Below are positions 52,119-63,246 of a stretch of DNA of 64,000 bases, in pieces; positions within the stretch are counted from its first letter, which is position 1, and each line of letters begins with the position of its first letter. Made by a program: the position numbers and the translations under genes. The notes beneath the pieces are model-generated. The model worked only from the letters and a program-made list of their open reading frames with translations. It had not been told where the DNA came from and ran no database searches. The DNA is taken from the NCBI RefSeq assembly GCF_054482525.1, contig NZ_CM137006.1; one strand, 5' to 3'.

Positions 52119-53990
52119 TTATGCAGTGATAGTTTTTTTCTTCCAGCCAAATTTTTCTATTGTTATACGTAAATTTTCCGGAGGATTTAATTTTTCTAGC
52201 TGTTCTTTATTAATATATTCATATATATTAATTTTGCCATTCTGGAGGATTTTCATCATTCTTGTTCTAATTTTTAATTCATTATCGATCTTTTCTTCAA
52301 AAATCTTAACGTCATAACCCGGAAGTTTATTTACAATTTCTTTTATTTTTTCTTCATCACCAAAAACATACCCTAACTCATTAAGATACAGCTGTTCGCC
52401 CTCATACTTCTTAAGTAATTGATAGAAGTACCGCTTAGCAAAATCAGGTTGTTTCATGAAAAAAACCTTCAAAAAAATGTCATTTACTAAAATGCTGACA
52501 GGCACTTCATTAAATAGCAACTTAACATCATCAAATAACCTTAGTATTAAGCGTGATTTTTCTTGATTACTTAAATTAAAATCATTGACATATACAACCA
52601 ACTTATTCCAAATCAACTCCTGTAATTCAGGGCTATTTTTATAGGGTTCTTTATCGAGATTGAAAAATAATGCCTCAGCTATTTTAGACTGATCGCTGCG
52701 AAGATTAATATGATTTATTACGGAGCATGCATGCTTTATCTTTGCAGAATCATCAAAATATTGCATGCTTTTATTAAAACACCATTCCAGTATTTTTACA
52801 TCATTATTATATGGCAATTCTAAAAAAGTCACCAACATCGAATGGATGACCGGTGTAAGGTTAACCTTTGCATCATCTAAGGAATCAATAAGAATATGAG
52901 ACAGGTTAATCATGATGTCATTAATTTCATTGTTACCTTTTTTGTCATTATCAATTCCGTGATCATTTGATTCGTAGAGCTTATCTATTTCTTCAAGTAT
53001 ACCATTTTCGCCCAGTAAGTATGATATCGATTCATCACATACATGAGGCATTAATAGCAGATGTTCTTTCCTTATTGCTAATAATGCATTATTCAATGGT
53101 TTTTCTAATAAATCCGTAATCGTAGAATCAACTGAACCTTTACAACTCACCTGCGAGTTATTTAAGTCCTGAGAATTATTTAACTCCTGCGAGTTATTTA
53201 ACTCCTGAGAATCATTTAAATCCTGAGAATCATTTAAATCCTGAGAATCATTTAACCCCTGCGAATCATTTAACCCCTGCGAATCATTTAACCCCTGCGA
53301 ATCATTTAACCCCTGCGAATCATTTAACCCCTGTATATTATTTAACTTCTGTAGATTATTTAACTTCTGTAGATTATTTAACTTATGATGATTATTTAAC
53401 TTCTGATGATTATTTAACTTCTGATGATTATTTAATAGACGCGCTATTTCCTTGTTAGCTTCGCGTTGGTAACACGCCAGAACCTTGTTAGTAATCAGGT
53501 GTAATGAACTATCATCTTTTCTTTCAAAAGACTTCCCTTCATAACGATTAGTCGAACCATCAGATTGTTTAAATATAATGACTGTATGTCCTTCACGAAT
53601 CCCTTTAGTAGAAGCTGAGGAAAGTGTAATTTCTATCTTCACCTTAGATAAATCCGCTCGCTCCCCTTCAGGATTATTCATGTAAAACTTCATTTTTTCA
53701 TTGCCATCAGTATCTTTAGAATAAGATGAGGACTCAATATGAGCCATCATATTTCTACCCGCTTCGTTGGAGCGTTTGCTAAAATCCACATAACCCAAGG
53801 TAAATATCTTTGCCAAAAACTCCAAAAATGCTCCAGGAGAAAGAATATTGCTTCTGCTATTCTGCCCCCCGGCAATTCGGGCAAAATCATTCATTCCCAC
53901 ATACCAGGTATCTAGGGCTTCATTTTTTTGTTTAAAATTGTCGGCTAATGTAATGTGTTGAGAATAATTCAAATCTGATATTTTGCTCAT
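52119..53990 (-). CDS. yjgL: YjgL, AT-rich protein with central hexapeptide (LNxxQx) repeat array
   Basis: 623 aa; MSKISDLNYSQHITLADNF; 16 tandem hexapeptides; synteny between argI and tabA. Confidence 0.85.
   Translation of the reverse strand: MSKISDLNYSQHITLADNFKQKNEALDTWYVGMNDFARIAGGQNSRSNILSPGAFLEFLAKIFTLGYVDFSKRSNEAGRNMMAHIESSSYSKDTDGNEKMKFYMNNPEGERADLSKVKIEITLSSASTKGIREGHTVIIFKQSDGSTNRYEGKSFERKDDSSLHLITNKVLACYQREANKEIARLLNNHQKLNNHQKLNNHHKLNNLQKLNNLQKLNNIQGLNDSQGLNDSQGLNDSQGLNDSQGLNDSQDLNDSQDLNDSQELNNSQELNNSQDLNNSQVSCKGSVDSTITDLLEKPLNNALLAIRKEHLLLMPHVCDESISYLLGENGILEEIDKLYESNDHGIDNDKKGNNEINDIMINLSHILIDSLDDAKVNLTPVIHSMLVTFLELPYNNDVKILEWCFNKSMQYFDDSAKIKHACSVINHINLRSDQSKIAEALFFNLDKEPYKNSPELQELIWNKLVVYVNDFNLSNQEKSRLILRLFDDVKLLFNEVPVSILVNDIFLKVFFMKQPDFAKRYFYQLLKKYEGEQLYLNELGYVFGDEEKIKEIVNKLPGYDVKIFEEKIDNELKIRTRMMKILQNGKINIYEYINKEQLEKLNPPENLRITIEKFGWKKKTITA
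53151..53438. repeat. 16 tandem 18-bp units inside yjgL
   Basis: Units such as ctgcgaatcatttaaccc (x4 identical) and ctgtagattatttaactt (x2) seen directly. Confidence 0.95.
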
Positions 53991-54112
53991 GACGAACTCC
54001 TTGAGTTAATAAGAACGTCTAAGCATTACAAATTTTACTCACAAAAAAATATCAAAAAACGCTCTTTTCACAAACTCGCCGTAAACCTGGAGTTATTTAC
54101 GGCGAAAAGTCA

Positions 54113-54577
<465 letters not shown>

Positions 54578-54709
54578 TTAATTAAAACAACGTTTCATTT
54601 CTATCGTTATACGAAAAGATGATCAATTCCGCTAGCCTTAACGCGTGAATTATTGTCTTATCACAACTTATCGGCAGACGCGTTCCCGCCTTTCGGCTCA
54701 AGGCCCGCA

Positions 54710-55303
54710 TCACTCCTCGAGAATAGTTTTTATCGCTTCCCCCGCCATTGCAGCTGTTGCACAGAGTTGTTCGATGGAGTGCCCCTCCCGTGCCTTCGCA
54801 GAAAGCCCTGACATCACTGTACTCATAAAATCAGTCACACATTGTGCGCGTTGTGGATACCGCCTGGCGATATAGTCATAAATGGTCGTTTCTGCGGCGT
54901 GATAATATTGAACGGCAATATCACGCGCTTGTGGATCATGACTATGAATACCTTCAAGAACCATACAGCCAGCGCAGTCGCCATTTTGGCTATATCTGCG
55001 CGCCGCTTCTTTTAATACCTCAACCAGGCACTCGCCTACCGGACGATCATCACGAAGAATATCGGCAAGCGGAATAGCTTCCGTACCGACATATTCATTG
55101 AGAACACGGCTAAATAACCCAGCCTTACTGCCAAAAGCCGCGTAGAGGCTCGGGGGGTTAATACCAAGATAATCAGTAACTTCAGCAACACTGACAGCAT
55201 CGAAACCTTTTTGGTGAAAAAGCACTTTTGCCGCAGAGACTGCCTGCTCAGGAGCGAAACGTCTGGGACGACCTGGAACGCGAGATTGTTTTTTAGTGAC
55301 CAT
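54710..55303 (-). CDS. bdcR: TetR-family repressor BdcR (YjgJ)
   Basis: 197 aa; N-terminal TetR HTH; divergent from bdcA. Confidence 0.9.
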   Translation of the reverse strand: MVTKKQSRVPGRPRRFAPEQAVSAAKVLFHQKGFDAVSVAEVTDYLGINPPSLYAAFGSKAGLFSRVLNEYVGTEAIPLADILRDDRPVGECLVEVLKEAARRYSQNGDCAGCMVLEGIHSHDPQARDIAVQYYHAAETTIYDYIARRYPQRAQCVTDFMSTVMSGLSAKAREGHSIEQLCATAAMAGEAIKTILEE

Positions 55304-55373
55304 TACAAAACTTATTGACAGAAAGTTAAAACAGTTTTGTAATGCATGTTACATAATAAATCAAGGAGTCCTT

Positions 55374-56087
55374 ATGGGCGCTTTTACAGGTAAGACAGTT
55401 CTCATCCTCGGTGGCAGCCGTGGAATCGGTGCCGCTATCGTACGTCGTTTCGTCACCGATGGGGCCAATGTACGATTCACCTATGCGGGGTCGAAAGATG
55501 CCGCTGAACGCCTGGCACAAGAGACTGGAGCGACAGCAGTATTCACAGATAGTGCTGACAGAGACGCTGTTATTGATGTCGTTCGTAAGAGCGGCGCATT
55601 GGATATCCTGGTGGTAAATGCAGGTATTGGCGTCTTTGGCGATGCCCTGGAATTAAATGCCGACGATATTGATCGCCTTTTCAAAATCAATATTCATGCT
55701 CCTTATCATGCCTCTGTTGAAGCCGCCCGGCAGATGCCCGAAGGCGGGCGCATCTTAATCATCGGCTCCGTGAATGGCGATCGTATGCCTGTTGCAGGCA
55801 TGGCTGCTTATGCCGCCAGTAAATCTGCCCTGCAAGGCATGGCGCGCGGGCTGGCCCGTGATTTTGGACCGCGAGGGATCACCATCAACGTCGTCCAGCC
55901 AGGACCAATTGATACCGACGCTAATCCCGCCAACGGGCCAATGCGCGATATGTTGCATAGTTTTATGGCCATCAAAAGACATGGGCAACCGGAAGAGGTC
56001 GCTGGTATGGTCGCATGGTTAGCAGGGCCAGAAGCCAGTTTTGTTACCGGCGCGATGCATACCATTGATGGCGCGTTTGGCGCATAA
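55374..56087 (+). CDS. bdcA: SDR-family protein BdcA (YjgI)
   Basis: MGAFTGKTVLILGGSRGIGAAI; 237 aa from the internal start. Confidence 0.9.
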   Translation: MGAFTGKTVLILGGSRGIGAAIVRRFVTDGANVRFTYAGSKDAAERLAQETGATAVFTDSADRDAVIDVVRKSGALDILVVNAGIGVFGDALELNADDIDRLFKINIHAPYHASVEAARQMPEGGRILIIGSVNGDRMPVAGMAAYAASKSALQGMARGLARDFGPRGITINVVQPGPIDTDANPANGPMRDMLHSFMAIKRHGQPEEVAGMVAWLAGPEASFVTGAMHTIDGAFGA

Positions 56088-56217
56088 CCGACTACGCTCA
56101 ATTAAGCCCAGCCATTATCCATGATGTCTGGGCTTTGTTTACTTACGTCGTCCGCTAAAAGCGGCTCCCGGTAAATATAAATCTTCTGTTCATGTCGTAA
56201 ATCTTGAGGATAACCAA

Positions 56218-56613
56218 ATGGAAGAAAGAACCGCTGTTTTCCCTGCTGGCCGACATTCACTGTATGCTGAGCATCGTTATTCTGCGGCTATTCGTTCCGG
56301 CGATTTGCTGTTTGTTTCCGGGCAAGTAGGAAGTCGAGAGGACGGAACACCAGAACCCGATTTTCAGCAACAAGTCAGACTGGCCTTTGATAATTTGCAT
56401 GCGACCCTGGCTGCTGCGGGATGCACTTTTGACGATATCATTGATGTTACGAGCTTTCATACCGATCCAGAAAAACAATTTGAAGACATCATGACGGTGA
56501 AAAATGAAATATTTAGCGCCCCACCTTATCCAAACTGGACGGCGGTGGGTGTTACCTGGCTGGCAGGCTTTGATTTTGAAATTAAAGTGATAGCGCGCAT
56601 CCCTGAGCTATAA
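56218..56613 (+). CDS. yjgH: RidA/YjgF-family protein YjgH
   Basis: 131 aa; synteny. Confidence 0.88.
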   Translation: MEERTAVFPAGRHSLYAEHRYSAAIRSGDLLFVSGQVGSREDGTPEPDFQQQVRLAFDNLHATLAAAGCTFDDIIDVTSFHTDPEKQFEDIMTVKNEIFSAPPYPNWTAVGVTWLAGFDFEIKVIARIPEL

Positions 56614-56840
56614 GCAATAGTGTTAGCCGTTCGTTTTCACCCTCCGCCCTATAAGTCGGATGAATGGAATAAAATGCATATCTGATTGCGTGAAAATGAA
56701 AAAGAAAAAAGCAGGAAATGTCTGCAATTATTGATACCGAACGACACTTCCCCTCCAAAATCATAGAAAATAAAAATGCATATACTTTGACTTTTAATTC
56801 AAATAAACCGTTTGCGCTGACAAAATATTGCATCAAATGC

Positions 56841-56881
56841 TTGCACCGCTTCTGGCTATGAGTATAATGCCGGACAATTTG
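56841..56881 (+). promoter_or_regulatory. pyrLBI promoter with AATTTG initially transcribed region (UTP-sensitive reiterative transcription)
   Basis: -35 ttgcac (56841-46), 16-nt spacer, -10 tataat (56863-68), then caatttg. Confidence 0.7.
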
Positions 56882-56893
56882 CCGGGAGGATGT

Positions 56894-57028
56894 ATGGTTC
56901 AGTGTGTTCGACATTTTGTCTTACCGCGTCTGAAAAAAGACGCTGGCCTGCCGTTTTTCTTCCCGTTGATCACCCATTCCCAGCCCCTCAATCGAGGGGC
57001 TTTTTTTTGCCCAGGCGTCAGGAGATAA
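56894..57028 (+). CDS. pyrL: pyrBI operon leader peptide PyrL
   Basis: MVQCVRHFVLPRLKKDAGLPFFFPLITHSQPLNRGAFFCPGVRR; 44 aa. Confidence 0.9.
   Translation: MVQCVRHFVLPRLKKDAGLPFFFPLITHSQPLNRGAFFCPGVRR
56983..57008 (+). terminator. pyrBI attenuator
   Basis: gcccctc-aatc-gaggggc followed by T8, inside pyrL. Confidence 0.9.
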
Positions 57029-57031
57029 AAG

Positions 57032-57967
57032 ATGGCTAATCCGCTATATCAGAAACATATCATTTCCATAAACGACCTTAGTCGCGATGACCTTAATCTG
57101 GTGCTGGCGACAGCGGCGAAACTGAAAGCAAACCCGCAACCAGAGCTGTTGAAGCACAAAGTCATTGCCAGCTGTTTCTTCGAAGCCTCTACCCGTACCC
57201 GCCTCTCTTTCGAAACTTCCATGCACCGCCTGGGTGCCAGCGTGGTGGGCTTCTCCGACAGCGCCAATACATCACTGGGTAAAAAAGGCGAAACGCTGGC
57301 CGATACCATTTCGGTTATCAGCACTTACGTCGATGCGATAGTGATGCGTCATCCGCAGGAAGGTGCGGCGCGCCTGGCCACCGAGTTTTCCGGCAATGTA
57401 CCGGTACTGAATGCCGGTGATGGCTCCAACCAACATCCGACGCAAACCTTGCTGGACTTATTCACCATTCAGGAAACCCAGGGGCGTCTGGACAATCTCC
57501 ACGTCGCAATGGTTGGTGACCTGAAATATGGCCGCACCGTTCACTCCCTGACTCAGGCGTTAGCGAAGTTCGACGGCAACCGTTTTTACTTCATCGCGCC
57601 GGACGCGCTGGCAATGCCGCAATACATCCTTGATATGCTCGATGAAAAAGGGATCGCCTGGAGTCTGCACAGCTCTATTGAAGAAGTGATGGCGGAAGTA
57701 GACATCCTGTACATGACTCGCGTGCAAAAAGAGCGTCTGGACCCGTCCGAGTACGCCAACGTGAAAGCGCAGTTTGTTCTTCGCGCCAGCGATCTCCACA
57801 ACGCCAAAGCCAATATGAAAGTGCTGCATCCGCTGCCGCGTGTTGATGAGATTGCCACCGATGTTGATAAAACGCCGCACGCCTGGTACTTCCAGCAGGC
57901 AGGCAACGGGATTTTCGCTCGCCAGGCGTTACTGGCACTGGTTCTGAATCGCGATCTGGTACTGTAA
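57032..57967 (+). CDS. pyrB: Aspartate carbamoyltransferase catalytic subunit
   Basis: 311 aa; STRTR and HPLPR motifs. Confidence 0.98.
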
Positions 57968-57979
57968 GGGGAAATAGAG

Positions 57980-58441
57980 ATGACACACGATAATAAATTG
58001 CAGGTTGAAGCTATTAAACGCGGCACGGTAATTGACCATATCCCCGCCCAGATCGGTTTTAAGCTGTTGAGTTTGTTCAAGCTGACCGAAACGGATCAGC
58101 GCATCACCATTGGTCTGAACCTGCCTTCTGGCGAGATGGGCCGCAAAGATCTGATCAAAATCGAAAATACCTTTTTGAGTGAAGATCAGGTAGATCAACT
58201 GGCATTGTATGCGCCGCAAGCCACGGTAAATCGTATCGACAACTATGAAGTGGTTGGCAAATCGCGCCCCAGTCTGCCGGAGCGCATCGACAATGTGCTG
58301 GTCTGCCCGAACAGCAACTGTATCAGCCATGCCGAACCGGTTTCATCCAGCTTTGCCGTGCGAAAACGCGCCAATGATATCGCGCTCAAATGCAAATACT
58401 GTGAAAAAGAGTTTTCCCATAATGTGGTGCTGGCCAATTAA
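57980..58441 (+). CDS. pyrI: Aspartate carbamoyltransferase regulatory subunit
   Basis: 153 aa; C-terminal Zn-binding CPNSNC...CKYC. Confidence 0.98.
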
Positions 58442-58513
58442 TTGCGGTTGGTAATAAAAGTCTGGCTCCCTATAATGAGCCAGACTTTTTACCGCTGTAA
58501 TAAAGGAGAAATC

Positions 58514-58900
58514 ATGAGCAAAACTATCGCGACGGAAAATGCACCGGCAGCTATCGGTCCTTACGTACAGGGCGTTGATCTGGGCAATATGATCATCACC
58601 TCCGGTCAGATCCCGGTAAATCCGAAAACGGGCGAAGTACCGGCAGACGTCGCTGCACAGGCTCGTCAGTCGCTGGATAACGTAAAAGCGATCGTCGAAG
58701 CCGCTGGCCTGAAAGTGGGCGACATCATTAAAACCACCGTGTTTGTGAAAGATCTGAACGACTTCGCAACCGTTAATGCTACTTACGAAGCCTTCTTCAC
58801 CGAACACAACGCCACCTTCCCGGCACGTTCTTGCGTTGAAGTTGCCCGTCTGCCGAAAGACGTGAAGATTGAGATCGAAGCGATCGCTGTTCGTCGCTAA
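58514..58900 (+). CDS. ridA: Enamine/imine deaminase RidA (YjgF)
   Basis: MSKTIATENAPAAIGPYVQG; 128 aa from the internal start. Confidence 0.95.
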   Translation: MSKTIATENAPAAIGPYVQGVDLGNMIITSGQIPVNPKTGEVPADVAAQARQSLDNVKAIVEAAGLKVGDIIKTTVFVKDLNDFATVNATYEAFFTEHNATFPARSCVEVARLPKDVKIEIEAIAVRR

Positions 58901-58910
58901 TCTTGACGGA

Positions 58911-58934
58911 AATCCGGGCTATCAAGCCCGGATT
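58911..58934 (+). terminator. Hairpin after ridA
   Basis: atccgggc-tatca-agcccggat. Confidence 0.6.
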
Positions 58935-58957
58935 AAGTCTGATGACAAAAGCAAAAT

Positions 58958-59049
58958 CGCCCGATGCGCTACGCTTATCAGGCCTATGTGATTCCTGCAA
59001 TTTATTGAATTTGTAGGCCGGATTGGGCGTTTACGCCGCATCCGGCATG
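58958..59049. repeat. BIME (two inverted REP elements)
   Basis: cgcccgatgcgctacgcttatcaggcctat ... gtaggccggattgggcgtttacgccgcatccggcatg. Confidence 0.75.
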
Positions 59050-59105
59050 AACAAAGCTCACTTTGTCTGCAATATGAATCCGGGCCACCATGCCCAGTCT
59101 ATTCT

Positions 59106-61802
59106 TTACTGCCAGCCGTAACGACGGCTATAGAACCCTTTCACCAACTGGGTTAACGTCATATACCCTGCCAGAATCGCAACCAGCCACGGGAAATAGC
59201 TTAACGGCAGCGCCTGCAGCTGCAGATAACTGGCCAGCGGTGAAAACGGCAATGCGATCCCGACAATCATCACGATCACGGTCATGATCATTAACGGCCA
59301 CGATGCACAGCTCTGAATAAACGGCACACGACGGGTGCGGATCATATGCACAATCAGCGTTTGTGACAGCAAGCCCACCACAAACCAGCCCGACTGGAAC
59401 AGCGTTTGCGTTTCCGGCGTGTTGGCATGGAATACCCACCACATCAGGCAAAACGTCAGAATATCGAAGATCGAGCTGATCGGTCCGAAGAAGATCATAA
59501 AGCGCCCCAGATCCGCCGGATTCCAACGCTGCGGCTTTTGAATTTGCTCGTCGTCGACGTTATCAAACGGGATCGCCACCTGTGACACATCGTACAGCAA
59601 GTTCTGAATAAGCAAGTGTAACGGCAACATCGGCAGGAAGGGCAAGAAAGCACTCGCCACCAGCACGCTGAACACATTACCGAAGTTAGAACTCGCCGTC
59701 ATTTTGATGTATTTCAGCATATTGGCGAAAGTGCGACGTCCCTCAATAACCCCCTCTTCCAGCACCATCAGGCTTTTTTCCAGCAGGATGATATCAGCCG
59801 CTTCACGGGCAATATCTACCGCGCCGTCCACAGAAATGCCGATATCCGCAGCGCGTAAGGCGGGCGCATCATTAATACCATCGCCCATAAAGCCAACCAC
59901 ATGCCCTTCGCGCTTCAGTAAGGTCACAATGCGTTCTTTATGCATCGGCGTCAGGCGGGCAAACAGCGTGGTGCGCTGTGCGAGATTTGCCAGTTCGTCG
60001 TCAGATAGCGTTTCAATATCACTACCAATGACCACCTCTCCCGCGTCCAGCCCCACTTCATGGCACACTTTCGCTGCAACTAACTCACTGTCGCCAGTAA
60101 GGATTTTTACGGTAATGCCACTCGCTTTTAATGCCTTCAGTGCCGGAGCGGTTGTCTCTTTTGGCGGATCAAGGAAAGCAATATATCCTTCGAGGATCAG
60201 GTCGGACTCATCCGCTCGCTGGTAATCTCCTTCACGCGCTGGCAGGTATTTCGTCGCCACCGCAACCACGCGCAGCCCCTGACGATTCAGCGTATCGGTA
60301 ACCCGCTTAATCTTACGCAGCATGGTGTCATCGAGTGGTACAATCTCGCCATTGTGACGCACCTGCGAACACACATTGAGGATTTCCTGCAATGCGCCTT
60401 TGCAAACCAGCTGATGGTGTTCGGTATTTTCTGCCACTACCACCGACATCCGGCGACGCTCGAAATCAAACGGAATCTCATCAATTTTTTGCCAACGGCT
60501 GGCCAGCGAGCGCGCTGACTCTTCATCCGTACCTTCGAGCACCGCGGTATCAAGCAGGTTTTTAAGTCCGGTCTGGTAATGACTGTTCAACCACGCGCTA
60601 TGCAGCACGCGTTCGCTGGTTTTACCGGAGATATCGGTATGATTCTCCAGCACAATTTTATCCTGCGTCAGGGTGCCGGTTTTATCAGTGCACAGAATAT
60701 CCATTGCGCCAAAGTTCTGAATGGCATCCAGATGTTTGACAATCACTTTCTGTTTCGACAGCTTTACTGCGCCGCGCGCCAGCGTCGAGGTAACAATCAT
60801 CGGCAACATTTCCGGCGTTAAGCCTACCGCGACCGAAAGCGCAAACAGTGCCGCTTCCCACCAGTCGCCTTTGGTGTAACCGTTGATAAGCAACACCACC
60901 GGAGCCATCACCAGCATAAAGCGAATCAGCAGCATACTGACGCGGCTGATCCCTTGCTGAAAGGCATTCGGCTCGCTTTCCTGCTCACTAACACGCCCCG
61001 CCAGTTGACCAAACCAGGTGTTGGCTCCTGTAGCAATCACCATTGCTTGTGCCGTGCCGCTCACCACGGTGGTGCCCATAAAACACAGGGTGTCGCACTC
61101 CAGCGGATTGCTGTGCTCCGGCTGGCGAGTGGTGGCGGCTTTTTCCACGGGCAGAGACTCACCGGTTAACGACGCCTGAGCGACGAACAGATCCCGCGCC
61201 TGCAAGATACGTAAATCTGCCGGGATCATATCCCCCGCCGCCAGTTTTATAATATCGCCGGGCACCAGCTGGTCGATCGGGATCTCCAGCCAGCCATTTT
61301 CGCCTTTGTCGTTAATTACGCGCAGCACCGTCGCGGTATTGCTGACCATCGCTTTCAGGGCATCTGCCGCTTTAGTGGAACGTGCTTCCTGAATAAAGTT
61401 CAGCAACGTAGAAATAGCGACCATTAGCGCGATAACACCCGCGGCAAATAAATCTTCCGTGGCGTAAGAAATAGCGCCGAGAATGGTGAGTAAAATATTA
61501 AAGGGGTTGCGATAGCAGACCCATAAATGTACCCACCACGGCGACGGTTGTTGTGCGGGTAATTTATTATCACCATGTTGTTCGCGGGCAGATTCCACTT
61601 CCGCCTGATTTAATCCTTCCGGATGGGTGTCGAACGTTTTCCATAATTCTTCTTCGGGCATCACCGCCATTTTCAGGCAATGCGCACTTAAGGACGGCGG
61701 GACCGCCGTATTCACTGTCTGCTGCGCGCCAGGTAATGGATCGCGATGAACCAGACGGGAAGGTAAATGGCGAATGAACCGAGTAAAAATTTCTTTAAAC
61801 AT
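59106..61802 (-). CDS. mgtA: Mg2+-importing P-type ATPase MgtA
   Basis: 898 aa; DKTGTLT phosphorylation motif and GDGINDAPAL. Confidence 0.98.
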   Translation of the reverse strand: MFKEIFTRFIRHLPSRLVHRDPLPGAQQTVNTAVPPSLSAHCLKMAVMPEEELWKTFDTHPEGLNQAEVESAREQHGDNKLPAQQPSPWWVHLWVCYRNPFNILLTILGAISYATEDLFAAGVIALMVAISTLLNFIQEARSTKAADALKAMVSNTATVLRVINDKGENGWLEIPIDQLVPGDIIKLAAGDMIPADLRILQARDLFVAQASLTGESLPVEKAATTRQPEHSNPLECDTLCFMGTTVVSGTAQAMVIATGANTWFGQLAGRVSEQESEPNAFQQGISRVSMLLIRFMLVMAPVVLLINGYTKGDWWEAALFALSVAVGLTPEMLPMIVTSTLARGAVKLSKQKVIVKHLDAIQNFGAMDILCTDKTGTLTQDKIVLENHTDISGKTSERVLHSAWLNSHYQTGLKNLLDTAVLEGTDEESARSLASRWQKIDEIPFDFERRRMSVVVAENTEHHQLVCKGALQEILNVCSQVRHNGEIVPLDDTMLRKIKRVTDTLNRQGLRVVAVATKYLPAREGDYQRADESDLILEGYIAFLDPPKETTAPALKALKASGITVKILTGDSELVAAKVCHEVGLDAGEVVIGSDIETLSDDELANLAQRTTLFARLTPMHKERIVTLLKREGHVVGFMGDGINDAPALRAADIGISVDGAVDIAREAADIILLEKSLMVLEEGVIEGRRTFANMLKYIKMTASSNFGNVFSVLVASAFLPFLPMLPLHLLIQNLLYDVSQVAIPFDNVDDEQIQKPQRWNPADLGRFMIFFGPISSIFDILTFCLMWWVFHANTPETQTLFQSGWFVVGLLSQTLIVHMIRTRRVPFIQSCASWPLMIMTVIVMIVGIALPFSPLASYLQLQALPLSYFPWLVAILAGYMTLTQLVKGFYSRRYGWQ

Positions 61803-62066
61803 AAGGAGTCCCTCCGCACTGTCTGAAACAGTACAGAAATGTCTTCAGGCGTGGCGAAGCCTTACCTGAAGGTAATAAAGCTGAGCTGGGACGTTAAAAC
61901 GTCACGGCCTTACGCATCCGGTAACGCCGTGAAAAGACGGGCTTACCGGAAAAGTTTTAATCTCCGTCGAGGGAGAGGCGTGGGATCAGGTTCCATATAA
62001 CCTCCGGTAAGTGAAAAAAGCGCCGCAAATAATAAGGAGAATCCAATAATATTCGTAGCATCTATG
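61803..62066 (-). ncRNA. mgtA 5' leader (Mg2+/proline-responsive regulatory leader containing mgtL)
   Basis: Interval between the predicted PhoP-dependent start site and the mgtA ATG. The 264-nt length agrees with established knowledge. Confidence 0.7.
61943..61996 (-). CDS. mgtL: Leader peptide MgtL
   Basis: [17 protein letters not shown], 17 aa, proline-rich; the last 17 codons of a spurious 113-aa ORF. Confidence 0.85.
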
Positions 62067-62106
62067 GCGATATAATACCTGCTGGCAACTAAACCAACGA
62101 TAAACC
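62066..62106 (-). promoter_or_regulatory. PhoP-activated mgtA promoter
   Basis: On the minus strand: GGTTTA-TCGTT-GGTTTA PhoP box (62090-62106) and TATTAT -10 (62072-62077). Confidence 0.75.
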
Positions 62107-62180
62107 AGACTTTACCCATTGCTGAATGCACGGGTAAAGTTAGGCTCAAATAATTAAACAACACGTTACGGGACAACAGG

Positions 62181-63128
62181 ATGCAAAATCGGCTGACCAT
62201 CAAAGACATCGCGCGCTTAAGCGGCGTGGGGAAATCTACGGTTTCCCGGGTGCTGAATAACGAAAGCGGCGTGAGCCAGCGCACGCGCGAGCGTGTTGAA
62301 GCAGTGATGAATCAGCATGGATTTTCCCCTTCCCGCTCTGCGCGCGCTATGCGTGGGCAAAGCGATAAAGTGGTCGCCATCATTGTGACCCGTCTGGATT
62401 CGTTGTCAGAAAATCTCGCCGTTCAAACCATGCTGCCAGCGTTCTATGAACAAGGTTACGATCCAATCATGATGGAAAGTCAGTTTTCCCCACAATTAGT
62501 TGCCGAACATTTGGGGGTGCTGAAACGGCGTAATATCGACGGCGTAGTGCTGTTCGGTTTTACCGGCATAACAGAAGAAATGATAGCCCACTGGCAGTCA
62601 TCGCTGGTTCTGCTGGCGCGTGACGCAAAAGGCTTTGCTTCGGTCTGTTATGACGACGAAGGGGCAATCAAGATCCTGATGCAACGGCTGTATGACCAGG
62701 GGCATCGTAATATCAGTTATCTCGGCGTGCCGCATAGTGACGTGACGACCGGTAAGCGACGTCACGAAGCCTACCTGGCGTTCTGCAAAGCGCATAAACT
62801 GCATCCCGTTGCCGCTCTGCCAGGCCTTGCTATGAAGCAAGGCTATGAGAACGTAGCAAAAGTGATTACGCCTGAAACTACCGCGTTACTGTGCGCAACC
62901 GACACGCTGGCACTTGGTGCAAGTAAATACCTGCAAGAGCAACGCATCGACACCTTGCAACTGGCGAGCGTCGGTAATACACCGTTAATGAAATTCCTCC
63001 ATCCGGAGATCGTCACCGTAGATCCCGGTTACGCCGAAGCTGGACGCCAGGCGGCCTGCCAGTTGATCGCGCAGGTAACCGGGCGCAGCGAACCGCAACA
63101 AATCATCATCCCCGCCACCCTGTCCTGA
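62181..63128 (+). CDS. treR: Trehalose repressor TreR (LacI family)
   Basis: MQNRLTIKDIARLSGVGKSTVSRVLN; 315 aa. Confidence 0.96.
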   Translation: MQNRLTIKDIARLSGVGKSTVSRVLNNESGVSQRTRERVEAVMNQHGFSPSRSARAMRGQSDKVVAIIVTRLDSLSENLAVQTMLPAFYEQGYDPIMMESQFSPQLVAEHLGVLKRRNIDGVVLFGFTGITEEMIAHWQSSLVLLARDAKGFASVCYDDEGAIKILMQRLYDQGHRNISYLGVPHSDVTTGKRRHEAYLAFCKAHKLHPVAALPGLAMKQGYENVAKVITPETTALLCATDTLALGASKYLQEQRIDTLQLASVGNTPLMKFLHPEIVTVDPGYAEAGRQAACQLIAQVTGRSEPQQIIIPATLS

Positions 63129-63168
63129 TCGTTTCCTGAACGATAAATTGTGATCTTCGCTGCGTTTC

Positions 63169-63180
63169 GGGAACGTTCCC
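63169..63180. promoter_or_regulatory. Probable TreR operator palindrome upstream of treB
   Basis: gggaacgttccc is a perfect 12-bp palindrome between treR and treB. Confidence 0.55.
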
Positions 63181-63246
63181 GTTTTTAAATTTTTCCGCGC
63201 AATATATTCTGCAGCCAACCAAAAATGTCATCTGCCATGGGGCTTT

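Noticed and set aside
56582-56914. 110-aa minus-strand ORF between yjgH and pyrL
   Set aside because: It overlaps the yjgH 3' end and the pyrBI promoter/leader. It has no supporting signals, and K-12 has no gene here.
61943-62284. 113-aa minus-strand ORF upstream of mgtA overlapping the treR start
   Set aside because: Only its last 17 codons (mgtL) are real. The rest spans the PhoP promoter and the treR 5' end.
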